This document shows positions 38,572 through 49,042 of a stretch of 64,000 bases of DNA, piece by piece. The translations under genes were made by a program, and so were the position numbers. Source of the DNA: a virus (taxonomy: Duplodnaviria > Caudoviricetes); IMG/VR virus record IMGVR_UViG_2929656146_000003, positions 14,215-78,214 of that record, one strand, 5' to 3'. Within the stretch, counting starts at the first letter, position 1, and every line of letters begins with the position of its first letter. The notes beneath the pieces were generated by a model. That model was not told where the DNA came from. It saw only the letters and a program-made list of their open reading frames with translations, and searched no databases.

Positions 38572-38871
38572 TCATGGCCAGCTGATGGTGGTGGGTCGAT
38601 GCCAAATGTGCTGATCAGTCTCCGAGAACCTCTCCCATCGATCGTCGGGTCCTGAGTCCAGGAGCCGCTCGATGGTTGACTCGGCCCACTGCGCGAAGGC
38701 TGCGCGCTGTGCACCCTTCACTCCGCGCTTGACTGCCACCTTCAACAGATAGCCGGCCTGGGCCCGCCGGGCGAGGACGAGGCCGTCGTGGCGCGGGTCT
38801 GCGTCTGGGGGCAGGTCAGTCTCCAAGATCCTGATCCCACGGCGAAGCAGGAGCTCTTCTCCAGTGTTCAC
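38572..38871 (-). CDS. Hypothetical protein coupled to Phd-like gene
   Basis: 99 aa; GTGA overlap. Confidence 0.55.
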   Translation of the reverse strand: MNTGEELLLRRGIRILETDLPPDADPRHDGLVLARRAQAGYLLKVAVKRGVKGAQRAAFAQWAESTIERLLDSGPDDRWERFSETDQHIWHRPTTISWP

Positions 38872-39065
38872 GAGGCGTCGGCACCGTCCGTCGGGCGTCG
38901 CGTCGCTTCGGCTTGCTCGGCGATGGCGAGCGGCACCATAGCGGCGATCCGTCGACCGCGGCTGGTCAGGTAGGTGATGCGGCCGTGAGCGGCCGCCGCG
39001 TTGATGACGTCGGCGAGGTTGGCACGGACGTCGGCAGTGCTCATCTCAACGGCTTCGTTATTCAT
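38868..39065 (-). CDS. Phd/YefM-family DNA-binding protein
   Basis: 'MSTADVRANLADVINAA....ITYLTSRGRRIAAMVP'. Confidence 0.85.
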   Translation of the reverse strand: MNNEAVEMSTADVRANLADVINAAAAHGRITYLTSRGRRIAAMVPLAIAEQAEATRRPTDGADAS

Positions 39066-39090
39066 GAACGGGAGTGTACTCCGGCGTTCG

Positions 39091-39114
39091 TTCATGTACA
39101 CTGGTGTACATGAA
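39091..39114. promoter_or_regulatory. Phd-type operator palindrome
   Basis: TTCATGTACAC-TG-GTGTACATGAA, two TGTACA cores, between divergent starts. Confidence 0.75.
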
Positions 39115-39586
39115 TGTGGATCGGGGGTCGAGGATTCCCCGGAGGCACTCGTCCTGCTATCACGTCGGATACTCACTGAACTGCAATGAGTACGACGATC
39201 TTCGCGGGCTGGCCGCCGGTCGCTGCATGATGTGCAGCGAAGCAACCGCCCGGCTCTACATCGACCACGACCACCAACTTGGGACGTGGGCCGTTCGCGG
39301 CCTGATATGCCACACCTGCAACCAGGGCCTGAGGTACGTCGATGCGGGCACCAGGCACGCTGGCCCGGAAGTCAACGAGTACCTCGCCCGTGCCTGGCAT
39401 CGCGATCAGCCAACCAGCGCCGCCAAGCAGGCCCGCTCGCGAAAGCGTGTCGCCTGCCCAACTTGCGGGCGTGATACCGCGATCAAACGGGACGGATCTT
39501 TATTCCGGCACTGGTCACGCCTGTCGGGTCCCACGCGTTACCGCGACGCCAGCGTCGACGCCGGCCCCCGCATCATCCGCCACTGA
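39110..39586 (+). CDS. Endonuclease VII-domain protein
   Basis: 'CMMC...IDHDH...VRGLICHTCNQGL'. Confidence 0.85.
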   Translation: MNVDRGSRIPRRHSSCYHVGYSLNCNEYDDLRGLAAGRCMMCSEATARLYIDHDHQLGTWAVRGLICHTCNQGLRYVDAGTRHAGPEVNEYLARAWHRDQPTSAAKQARSRKRVACPTCGRDTAIKRDGSLFRHWSRLSGPTRYRDASVDAGPRIIRH

Positions 39587-39599
39587 AACCGAGGAACCG

Positions 39600-40786
39600 A
39601 TGACCCCCTTGCCGCCCGACCTGCTCGACCACCTCGCCGCCGTCGGCAACAGGGCCCTCAGCGACCACTACCACGACGACCTCTGCGGCTGCTCCCCGTG
39701 GCCCAACTCCTGCGTCAGCCGGTACAACGCCAGTGGCTGGGACACCAGCGCGTTCGACATCGCCCTGCCCGCCATCACCGCCGCATACGAGAAGGCCAAG
39801 GCGCAGCAGTAACCGTGGACGCCACGCACATCAGCTACCACCTCGGCGACCGAACCACCCACCCCGGAACCCGCCGCACCTGTACCGACTGCACCGTCGA
39901 AGACCAGTGGTTCCGCACCAGACAAGCCCCATGCCCCCAGTGCGGAACCCCCCTCGCCACGCGAGACCTCTACGACGGCACCATCCCCGCCCACAACTGC
40001 CAAGCCAAGGAGCAGCAGTGACCACGCCGAAGCGCAAGGCCAAGCCGTGGGCCGTCGTCCTCAATGCCCCCGGCGGCCCGCTCCGCACCGAGCACACCAG
40101 CGAAGCCAAGGCCTACGAGCACGTCCGCGCCGAACTCGCCGCTGCCCGCGCCGGCGCCAGCCGCGTCACCCGCATCCGAGTCGAGCAGTGGGACCGGCCG
40201 GCCGGCCGGTGGCAGCTGTTCGACCTCATCGACCCGAAGGAGCAGCAGTGACTCCCGACGACATCCCCACCAGCGTCACCAGCCTCGTCTACACCGATCC
40301 GTCCGGCATCGTCCTCAGCCAGAACCAGGCCGCCGCGTTCCTCGCCCACTACTGGCCCGCCATCGATCAGGACCGCGGGCCCGCTCCCTGGCGCGAGACA
40401 GCCCACCCCCGCTATGGCGAGGACGGCCAGTGGATCGACTCCCGCGACTGCACCAAGGCCGCCCGGATCGCCCGGGGACAGCAGTGACCACGAACGGAGG
40501 CGCCTCCGCCTCCTATGTCTGGTGCTTTGACCACGGCCGCACCCACAACTTCTCCCACGGCGCCTGGTGCACCGCATGGTGGACCCCGCTCACCGGGAAC
40601 ACCGAAGCCGAAGCGCTGACCGACAAGACCAACCGGTTCGGCGACGCAGTGTTCTACAACGACCTGCCGACCGACCAGCAGATCGCACTCGCCAACGCAT
40701 GGCAGGACGGTGCCGACCACTCCGACTGCATCCAGCCCCACCGCACCGTCGACGGCTACACCGACTGCGACGGCCAACCCCTCTGA
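39600..40786 (+). CDS. Five small coupled hypothetical genes (39600-39812, 39815-40021, 40018-40251, 40248-40487, 40484-40786)
   Basis: Shared RBS-CAGCAGTGA junctions. Confidence 0.6.
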
Positions 40787-40801
40787 CTCTGAGGAGTAGC
40801 A

Positions 40802-41320
40802 GTGATCCGCAAGGTCTACCTCGACACCGAGTTCATCCCCTCCGACCCCACCACCAGCGGCCTCATCAGCATCGGCCTCACCGACAACCAAGGCCGCGAC
40901 TACTACGCTGTCAACGGCGACATCAACCCGCCCGACGTTGCCTTCCACCCTTGGCTCGGCAAGCATGTCTGGCCCTACCTCCCGAAGAACAACGCCGGGT
41001 TCCTCGATCACTTCCACCCCGACGTCAAGCCGCTCGCGCAGATCCGCAAGGACATCGCCCGCTACTTCGCCGATCACCAGCCAGCCCATCTCTACGCCTG
41101 GTACGGCGGCCAGGACATCTGCCGCCTCCACTCCCTCTGGGACAACGACTGGTCCCGCATGCCCGAAGACATCCCGCAGTGGTTCCACGAACTGCAGTCC
41201 CTTGCCTGGCAATCCGGCAACCCGCAACTACCGCAGCAAGACGGCGGCGAGCACCACGCCCTCGCCGACGCCAAGTACAACCGGCAGCTCCACGAGTTCC
41301 TGAGCGGAGTGAAGCGATGA
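40802..41320 (+). CDS. DEDDh 3'-5' exo(ribo)nuclease (RNase AS-like)
   Basis: 'YLDTEF...LISIGL...YYAVN...WL.KHV.P.L...HHALADAKYN'. Confidence 0.85.
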   Translation: MIRKVYLDTEFIPSDPTTSGLISIGLTDNQGRDYYAVNGDINPPDVAFHPWLGKHVWPYLPKNNAGFLDHFHPDVKPLAQIRKDIARYFADHQPAHLYAWYGGQDICRLHSLWDNDWSRMPEDIPQWFHELQSLAWQSGNPQLPQQDGGEHHALADAKYNRQLHEFLSGVKR

Positions 41321-41568
41321 GAGTGCCCCGTTTCGGGTTCACCGTCGAGTACATCAAGGAACTCTGGCTCGACGACGACAACAAGCCCGGCTGGAAGGTC
41401 CACCTCCCCCACCAGTGTGACAACTGGCGCATCGACGCTGACACCGCCTACGCCGACCCCAGCAGCCAACAGGCCGCGCTGTACAGCCTCGACAAGTTCA
41501 TCGCCGAGGCGCAGCAGGCCCGTGCCGCGCTGGCCCGGGGCGAGCAGTACCCGCCAGCCGAGGGGTAG
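41317..41568 (+). CDS. Hypothetical protein
   Basis: ATGA-coupled; 'W.V.LPHQCD.W'; followed by hairpin at about 41594-41624. Confidence 0.6.
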   Translation: MRVPRFGFTVEYIKELWLDDDNKPGWKVHLPHQCDNWRIDADTAYADPSSQQAALYSLDKFIAEAQQARAALARGEQYPPAEG

Positions 41569-41634
41569 AGGTGAAGGCACCCCGGAGACCACGAAGGCCC
41601 CGCCACGATCGCAGTGGCGGGGCCTCTTCGTCTC

Positions 41635-41928
41635 CTATGGCTCGCGTTGCCCGGGTATCTGGACCCAGCCACGTGCCGCAGCGCCGTCGCGCAGCCAGGC
41701 GACGGCGAAGTCGAGGAAGAGATCCTGCGGACGCTGGTCCTCGGGCAGGCCCAGGATCGCGACGAGCCGGCCAGCAGGAGTGTTGCCGGTATCGCACCGG
41801 AGGCACAGGAACAGCTCGATGCCGTCGCCGAGGGGAAGGTGGGCGGTGAGAGCGGCCGGTTCGCCGCAGCGGGGGCAGGGCGGCATGTCGCCGGTGCGGT
41901 TCACTTGGAAGTCGGCCATGTCGGTCAA
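41635..41928 (-). CDS. Small zinc-binding protein (DUF6300-like)
   Basis: 'PPCPRCG...LCLRCD...PA..LV'; GAGGAG RBS. Confidence 0.6.
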   Translation of the reverse strand: MTDMADFQVNRTGDMPPCPRCGEPAALTAHLPLGDGIELFLCLRCDTGNTPAGRLVAILGLPEDQRPQDLFLDFAVAWLRDGAAARGWVQIPGQREP

Positions 41929-42019
41929 TGCGGGCTCCTCCCTGAGGGGTGGCCAGGATGATCCCGGTGATCATGCGGAGTCAATACCTTGATCCGCAAC
42001 AGGCCGCTACCGTTCACCA

Positions 42020-43432
42020 ATGGCCGTCACCACCCTCCCCGCCCAGGCCCGCCCCGCACGAAGACCAGACCGCCGTCACACCCCGCACCTGGCCCTCGCC
42101 GCAGGCCTGTTCGCCGCCTACACCCTCACCTCGGTCCTCCGATACCAGCGCTACGCATCGCCCAGCTGGGACCTCGCCATCTTCACCCAAGCCGTCAAGG
42201 CCTACGCAGCGTTCGGCCCGCCGATCGCCCCGATCAAAGGCGACGGCTTCAACCTCCTCGGCGACCACTTCTCACCCGTCACCGCGACGCTCGCCCCGGC
42301 CTGGTGGATCGCCCCCAGTGCGATCACCCTCCTCGTCGCCCAGGCCGCACTCATGGCCTGGTCCGCCGGCATCGTCTCCGCGACCGCCGAACACCTCCTC
42401 GGCCGGGCCCGCGGCCTATGCACCGGCGCCGCATACGGCCTCAGCTTCGGGATCCTGCGAGCCGTCGACTTCGAGTTCCACGAGATAGCGTTCGCCGTCC
42501 CCCTCCTCGCCATGACCGGCCGCCAGCTGATCCTGCGCCGCTGGACCCGCGCCGCCTGGTGGGCACTGCCGCTACTCCTCGTCAAAGAAGACCTCGGCCT
42601 GACCGTCGCCGCGATCGGCCTGTACATCGCCCTCGCCAGCCGACACCGTGTCCTGGGCGCAACACTGGCCGTCCTCGGCCTGGCAGCGATGACGGCATGC
42701 GTCTGGTGGCTCATCCCGCACTACAACCCCGACCACGCCTACCCGTACTGGGACCGAATCCCCGCCGGCCCCTGGTGGCACACCCCCGCCGACGCCGCCA
42801 CCCGCCTACAGACCTGGAAGACCCTGGGCTGGACGCTCGGCATCACCGGCCTCCTCGCAGCCAGATCCCCACTCGCCCTCGTGGCCGCCCCCGGCCTGCT
42901 GCTGCGCCTCGCCTCCAGCAACGAAGGCATCCACGGCACCGGCGCGCACTACTCCGCCACCGCCATGCCGATCATGTTCCTCGCCGCTGCGGACGCCGCC
43001 ACCAGGCTCCGCCGCTCACCGAAGATTCCGCTGCGCCAAATCGCAGACCGCGCCATCACCACACTCCCCGCCATCTCCCTCGCCCTGATGTGCGCCTTCG
43101 GATACGGCATCGCCGACCTCACCAGAGTCCAAGCCTGGACCGGCACCGAAGTAGGCGCTGCCCGGGCCGCGGCCGCCCGCATGATCCCCGACGGAGCCAG
43201 AGTCGAGGCTGGAATCGCCGTGTCCCCCCACCTTGCCGGCCGGGCGACCGTGTACTGGACCGGCGACCCGCACCGGCCCGTCGGCTGGATCGTCATCGAC
43301 CGCCCGGAGTGGCCGGAGGCCCCCGCCGATCTGGTCGGCTATGCCGCGGCGGAGAACGGGGGAGCCCGGTACCAGGTGGTGTCCGAGCGGGCAGGGATTG
43401 TGGTGCTGCGTCTGACCATCACAAACACATAG
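42020..43432 (+). CDS. DUF2079 polytopic membrane protein (GT-C-like)
   Basis: 'SWDLAIFTQAV...LLGDHFSP...FHEIAFAVP...LVKEDLG...HYSA' with many TM helices. Confidence 0.85.
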   Translation: MAVTTLPAQARPARRPDRRHTPHLALAAGLFAAYTLTSVLRYQRYASPSWDLAIFTQAVKAYAAFGPPIAPIKGDGFNLLGDHFSPVTATLAPAWWIAPSAITLLVAQAALMAWSAGIVSATAEHLLGRARGLCTGAAYGLSFGILRAVDFEFHEIAFAVPLLAMTGRQLILRRWTRAAWWALPLLLVKEDLGLTVAAIGLYIALASRHRVLGATLAVLGLAAMTACVWWLIPHYNPDHAYPYWDRIPAGPWWHTPADAATRLQTWKTLGWTLGITGLLAARSPLALVAAPGLLLRLASSNEGIHGTGAHYSATAMPIMFLAAADAATRLRRSPKIPLRQIADRAITTLPAISLALMCAFGYGIADLTRVQAWTGTEVGAARAAAARMIPDGARVEAGIAVSPHLAGRATVYWTGDPHRPVGWIVIDRPEWPEAPADLVGYAAAENGGARYQVVSERAGIVVLRLTITNT

Positions 43433-43445
43433 AACGCACGTTCGA
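43430..43445. promoter_or_regulatory. LexA (SOS) box
   Basis: TAGAAC-GCAC-GTTCGA, one mismatch to actinobacterial TCGAAC-N4-GTTCGA; abuts a TATCGT -10 element. Confidence 0.7.
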
Positions 43446-43457
43446 TATCGTGGGTGT

Positions 43458-43796
43458 GTGAGCACAGCCCTCCACCCCACATGGTGCGACCCCGCACACT
43501 GCGACGTCCCCGACCGCCAGCCGCTCGGAGCCCGCGGCGGCGCCCACCGCTCCAAGCTGGTCGCGCTCAACCTGGAAGCCGAAGCCCGCGGCGAAACTGG
43601 CCACGTCTACGCCGGCCTCGCCCAATCCGCCCGACCCCGCGCCGGCGTGTTCCTCAAATGGATCATCAACGGCGAAGTCGTCGGCCACCTCCCCCTCGCC
43701 GACGCCGAACCCCTCGCCTGGCTCATCGCCGACGGACTCGCCAACCTCCGCGGCGACGACCAGCCCATCGAACACGCAAAAGCGCCCGACCAGTAG
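43458..43796 (+). CDS. Hypothetical protein, probably leaderless and SOS-inducible
   Basis: 112 aa 'HPTWCDPAHC...HRS'; GTG 6 nt after the -10 element. Confidence 0.65.
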   Translation: MSTALHPTWCDPAHCDVPDRQPLGARGGAHRSKLVALNLEAEARGETGHVYAGLAQSARPRAGVFLKWIINGEVVGHLPLADAEPLAWLIADGLANLRGDDQPIEHAKAPDQ

Positions 43797-43820
43797 GCCG
43801 GGCGCAACGGGCGAGAGTGG

Positions 43821-45348
43821 CTACTTGGGCGTCGGCACCTCGAACGCGTGGCAGGGGCTGGAGAACCGCATCACCTGGCCGTCCGAGAAGTCCAGCTGGA
43901 ACATGTTGGTCCGGCCGCACGTCGGGCACTTGCTCCTCCCGCCGAGGGGCTTGCCGTCGGCGTCGAAGAAGTTGCGGAGGTGTGCGGCACTGACCGGGAC
44001 GTACTCGGGGTTGCTCATGAGTCCTTTCTAGTGGTCCCTAAAATGCCCGGCCAGAGCCCGAAAGGGTCACCCGAAATGGCTCGGCAGGTTGGAACTATCC
44101 ACGCCGTTACGCGAGAGCGTCAGGCCGTCACGGTGGGATGCGGTAAGTCATGGCCGGCTCGGGCGGCGCGGTGATTGGACTGCGTGGGTGCCCCGTTGCC
44201 GTGCCTGGGGTCAGTGGCGGTGGGTGGGCGGGCCGTACGGGAACTGCTGCCAGGCCGGTCGAGGCTCGCAGCAGAAGTCGCCGTCGTAGTTGGCCGTCCG
44301 CTCGCGGTACCGGCGGAGCGTGACGAGGGCGTCCTCGCCGTCGGCCCAGGACAGTTCGCCGCGCGGGTTGCGGGCGACGAGCCAGTCGGGGCCGAGCGCC
44401 TCGACGGTGCAGCAGGTGTAGTGGTCGCGGCCGAAAACCCCGCCACAGAATCCGTGAAGAATGTCGCCGACGGCGATGGGCTGGTTCATGAGGCTCCTCA
44501 GGGTTGGTAGTCGGCGAGGTCGCGGATGACGGTGATGGTCGGCGGGGTGATGGGCGGGGTCGGGGCGTCGGCGCTGTCGGCGAGGATGCGGTCAGTGATG
44601 GCCTGGTCCGTGTACCGCTCGTCCTGGTGGCGGTCGTCCGCGCAGCTCACGGCCGGACCTTGCTGGCCAGCCGGTGGCAGGAACACGTGTCGGGGCAGGT
44701 GCCGTCCGGGAGGCGCTCGTCCAGGCCCGCGTACCCGGCACTGCCTGCCGTGCTGGTGGTGGCCCCGTCGAGGGCGGTGTGGGTGAGGCGGCGGCCACCT
44801 CGGACGGTCTCGGTGTTGATCGGCATGCCGCAGTCGCACCCGTCGAGCGGACGGCAGACGCAGGGCTGCCCGCCGTCGAGGATCGTGGTGATGCGGCCGC
44901 AGACGTCGCGGGTAGCGTCGTCGTCCTCGTCGTGCTGGCCGTACACGGAGGCGACCAGCCGCTCGCACTCGGCCCGGGCGGCGTCGATGCGGGACTCGGC
45001 ACGCTCGGCACGCTGGTAGTGGATGTCGACCATGCCGCGGGTCAGCCGCACGAACTCCGCGTACTGGGCGCTGAGGATGTCGACGGTGGTCTCGGCGTCG
45101 GCGGCCCGGGCCTGCTGGCGGCGGGCCTCCAGGATGGTGGACTGCCAGGCGCGGCGGGTGTAGGCGGCGCGGCGGCGGGCGGACTGCCAGGCGGCCCGGT
45201 AGCGGTCGGCGCGGCGGCCCGGCCGGCGCCACGCGGCGAGCTCGTCCTCGGCGGCCCGCAGGTCGGTCGCGGCCTTGGCGGCCCGGGCGAGTGCGTCGTC
45301 GCGTTGGCGCGTGAGTTGCTGCTGGTAGGTCTCCTGCTCGGGGATCAT
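43821..45348 (-). CDS. Hypothetical genes (43821-44018, 44211-44489, 44647-45348)
   Basis: RBS-bearing ORFs; the last is coiled-coil with 'YRAAWQSARRRA'. Confidence 0.6.
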
Positions 45349-45626
45349 GCGGCGCTCCTGGGGGTGAGCGGGTGGACGAGGCGGACCTCGCGGGGGTGGA
45401 GCTGGCGCGTGATGATCGCGAGGCCGATTGAGTGGGCGTTGTCGCGGGCGCCGAGCTTGCGGTGGGTGGTGGTTCGGATGTTGGTGACGGTGCCTCTGGA
45501 GATGCCGAGGGTGTGGGCGATGTAGGCGGTGGTGTGGCCGTTGGCGGTGAGGCGGAGGACCTGAAGTTCGCGCTCGTTCAGAAGTTCGCCGGGCTCGGCG
45601 TTCGGGGTGCTGGGCGGTCGGGTCAC
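45345..45626 (-). CDS. LuxR-type HTH protein
   Basis: 'LNERELQVLRLTANG.T...IA..LGIS..TV...KLGA'. Confidence 0.85.
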   Translation of the reverse strand: MTRPPSTPNAEPGELLNERELQVLRLTANGHTTAYIAHTLGISRGTVTNIRTTTHRKLGARDNAHSIGLAIITRQLHPREVRLVHPLTPRSAA

Positions 45627-47061
45627 GGCTGCGGCTCCTCGGCGATGGGCTGGCATCGGTGGCAGCCGTTGTGCATAACGCAGGCCATCGACGTGTTGCA
45701 GCCCTGCATCGGGTGGATGCGGCGCATCGAGTGGCGGGCGAGCATGCCCTCCAGCTCGTCGGCGGTGCGGCGGTCGAGGACGATCTCGTCGCGGTCCGGG
45801 CCGAGGCTGAACGTACGGAGGGCGCCGAGCTGCAGGCTGATGGCGACGCGTCCGTCGGGCAAGTCGGTGACGGTGATGAAGGTCGGCTCGGACGGCGGGC
45901 GCTTCACGGCTGCGGCTCCTCGGGGGCGGCGAGTGCGCGGAGCAGGTCAGACAAGCGGAGCGCGTCGTCGATGGTCAGGTGGAGGAGCCCGGTGAGGCCG
46001 CGTCGGTTGTCGAGGGCGAGGCCTATGCAGCCAGCGCGCTGGTGGCCACTCCAGGTGCCGCAGGTCCGGCGGCCGTCGATGACGACAGGGGTGTTCTCTC
46101 CGCCCCAGCGGCGGACTCCAACGAGCCAGAGGTCGGGCAGGGCCTGGATGTCGTTCATGTGGTGCCTCCGGGGCGGGGGGTGCGGCGGGTGCCGTGGCAG
46201 CAGGCGATGAGGGTGAGGGCGGAACCGGCGCCGAGGATGGCGCCGGCCACGAGCAGCAGGTGCGCGGTCGTCACTCGGCGGCCCTGATCTGGGCGATCCG
46301 GTCGAGCGCGGCCTGCACAGTGAGGCCGTTTACCGTGACGTGCCGGGCCGCCTCCTGTGCGAGCTTCAGCGCGGTGTCGAGGTCGTGCCGGTGATTGGCC
46401 GTCCACTCGTCGCGGGCGGCGTGGTAGGCGTCCCACTCGGTGTCGTTCTCGGGTTCGCGGCTGCCGGGCTTGCCGGGCGGCCACTCGGGGCCCCAGGACC
46501 ACTGGCCATCGGCGCCGAGCGACTGGTGGTGCCGGGTGACGGCCCACAGGTCGCGACCGCGGTACTCAACGGCGATCTCGAAGACGTGGGCGTCGGGGCT
46601 GGAGTCCTCGGGCATGCAGTTGACGGTGTAACGGGTGGCCTGCACCCGCGGCTCCAGGACGGTCACTGCTGGCCGCCGTCCTGGCCGAGCACCGCACGGG
46701 CGAGGTCGATGGGCTCCCACAGCGCGGCCAGGTGTTGGACCATGCTGGTCAACCACTTGCGGATGGCCGGCTCGTCAGCCTCGGTGACGCGGATGCTGTA
46801 GGACATGCAGCAGCTCTTGCGCGGCATGATGAAGAACAGCTCCAACTTCTCGCGGCCGTCCCATTCGTGGTGGCCGGGCTTGCGCCAGTCCCAGCGGTAG
46901 AGGTGGTTGAGGTCGGCATCGAGGTGGGGGGCGATCTCGGTGGCGAACTCGCTCCAGTCCTCGCACTCGTTGGTGTAGCCCTCTGCTCCGTAGTACGGGT
47001 GGTCGATCTCCCACAGGTGCTGGGCTGCGTTGGCGAGCAGGTCGGCGGGCTGGTCGGGCAC
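45623..47061 (-). CDS. Coupled hypothetical genes (45623-45907, 45904-46158, 46155-46274, 46271-46666, 46663-47061)
   Basis: Chained 4-bp start/stop overlaps. Confidence 0.6.
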
Positions 47062-47119
47062 GGGCGCTCCTCGGGTGGGTGGGGCCGCCGCCCGGGGTGG
47101 GCGGCGGCGGGACGGGATG

Positions 47120-48076
47120 TCAGGCAGCGGCGAGCGCAGGCTGGCGGGCGGTGATGCCGGTGGCTTCGGCGATCAGCACCGTGGCGAGGGGCGGGGGGAC
47201 GGCGTTGCCGATGGCGAGGTACTGCTGTCCGGCGGTGCCGTGCCACTGGAGGCCGGGGCGGAAGCCCTGCAGCGCGGCACAGTCGGCAACCGTGGGCCGC
47301 CAGCCGCGGGGGCCGGGGACGCACAGGGCCGGGTCGCGGTCGGCGGTGTTGCGCATCGCCCGTCGGCTGCCGTTGCCGAACGGCTCGGCCCCGCCGGTGG
47401 AGGTGCCGCCGCCGGTGACGGTGGGGGACGGGCGCCGGGTGTATCCCCAGCCGACGGTGTCGCGCATGGCGGTGAGCGGCAGCTGTCCGGGCCCGCCGTG
47501 CGTCGTGGCGGGAAGGGCCACGGGCCGGGCCTGGGAGGCGATGAGGACGGCGCGCTTGCGGTGCTGGCCGAGCCCGTACGAGGCGGCGTCCACGATGCCG
47601 GTGGCGGTCCGGTAGCCCCAGTCCTGCAGCAGGTCGGCGTACAGCTCCCACAGGGGCAGGACGGCGGGTACCTGTTCCATGAGGATCCACTCCGGGCGGA
47701 GGTCGTGGTACCAGCGCATGGGTTCGGCGGTGAGGGCGGAGCGTTCGTCGCGGCAGGCGGCGCGCAGGGCCTGGCGGGTGTCGTGGCCGCGGGCGTAGTC
47801 GCGGATCGCTCCGGCTACGTACGGGGCGTCGTGGGTGCCGGCGCCGTTACCGGACTTGGAGAAGCTGGGGCAGGGCGGCGACATGATCACCCCGGTGGTG
47901 CCGCGGTGGTCGGCGGTGTCGAGGGTGGTGATGTCGGCGTGGATGGTGGCGTGTCCGGCTGCGGTGCGGGTGGTGCAGGCGGAGGCCGAGTAGTCGATGC
48001 CGGTCTCGGTGAGGCCGAGCACCTGGGCGCCTTCGGCCCAGCCGATGCCGGCGAAGCCTCCGAGGATGGTGGTCAC
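47120..48076 (-). CDS. DNA (cytosine-5) methyltransferase
   Basis: Motif I 'FAGIG', IV 'SPPCPSFS', VI 'EQV', VIII 'QHRKR', X 'GNAVPP'. Confidence 0.9.
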   Translation of the reverse strand: MTTILGGFAGIGWAEGAQVLGLTETGIDYSASACTTRTAAGHATIHADITTLDTADHRGTTGVIMSPPCPSFSKSGNGAGTHDAPYVAGAIRDYARGHDTRQALRAACRDERSALTAEPMRWYHDLRPEWILMEQVPAVLPLWELYADLLQDWGYRTATGIVDAASYGLGQHRKRAVLIASQARPVALPATTHGGPGQLPLTAMRDTVGWGYTRRPSPTVTGGGTSTGGAEPFGNGSRRAMRNTADRDPALCVPGPRGWRPTVADCAALQGFRPGLQWHGTAGQQYLAIGNAVPPPLATVLIAEATGITARQPALAAA

Positions 48077-48084
48077 GGTGGTCC

Positions 48085-49025
48085 TCAGCTGGTCGGGGTG
48101 CGGGCGGCGAGGAGGTATCGCGCGGCAAGGCGCTTGGCGGCGTCGCAGGCCTTGGTCATCTCGGTGAGCTCGGCGCGGAGGCGGGTGTTCTCGGCGTCGC
48201 GGGCGGCCAGCTGCTGGCGCGTCTCCCGCAGGTCGGCCTCGGCGTGCAGCCAGCGCATCAGCGTTGGTCGCAGGGCGTCCATCGCGGCGCGGGCCTGCCG
48301 GTGGTGGTCGGCATCGGGATGGTCCTGCGCGAGCTGGTGCAGGGCGCTGAGGACCTCGTACTGGCGGAGCTGGCGGATCTCGGTGGGCTCACCGCACGTC
48401 CAGCAGGATGGGCCGACGCACAGGTGCGGCGGGGTGGCGGTCACCGGTCACCCCCGGCGGCGCAGGTGTGCCCCCGGCCCGCGCAGTTGCAGCCGTCGCA
48501 CTGCTCGCACAACTCGGCGTGGCAGTGGGAGCAGTGCGCGCCGATGCAGGGGCTGTCGTGGTCGCAGGAGTAGGTGTCCATGGCGGGTCTCCGTGGTGGG
48601 TGTGGCGGGGCTGTGCGGGGCGGCCGGTGGGGGCGTCAGCAGCGCTGGCAGGTGACGTCCTCGGTGGTCGGGATCAGGAAGTGGAGGCGGCGGGCCGCGG
48701 ACTCGCTCGCGCAGCAGGCGGGCAGGTGGGTGCGGAGGCGCTTCGAGTAGCTGCCCTTGCGGTGCACGGTGCCGGTGTGGGTGCGGAGGTTCGCGGGCTG
48801 GTCGTCGGCCTGGGCGCGGTGGGTTTCGATCTCCTGCGCGGTGGCCGGTCGCACCGTCACGCGTCGGCCGTCGGGGTAGGTGATGGCGTAGGTGCTGCCG
48901 GAGCCGTACAACTCGGTGCCGTCATCGTGGCCAGCGCTCATGACGGCCTGGACCTCGTCGAGGGCGGCGCGGGTGGCGATGAGGGTGGTGGTGCCGTTCT
49001 CGGTGCGGATGTGGGTGAGGTCCAT
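48085..49025 (-). CDS. Hypothetical genes (48085-48444, 48636-49025)
   Basis: ORFs in the phage orientation; 49025 start has a GGAGG RBS. Confidence 0.55.
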
Positions 49026-49042
49026 CGGTTCCTCCAGCTCAC

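Noticed and set aside
44020-44210. Non-coding gap as a tRNA or ncRNA
   Set aside because: No cloverleaf, T-loop or convincing stem pattern seen.
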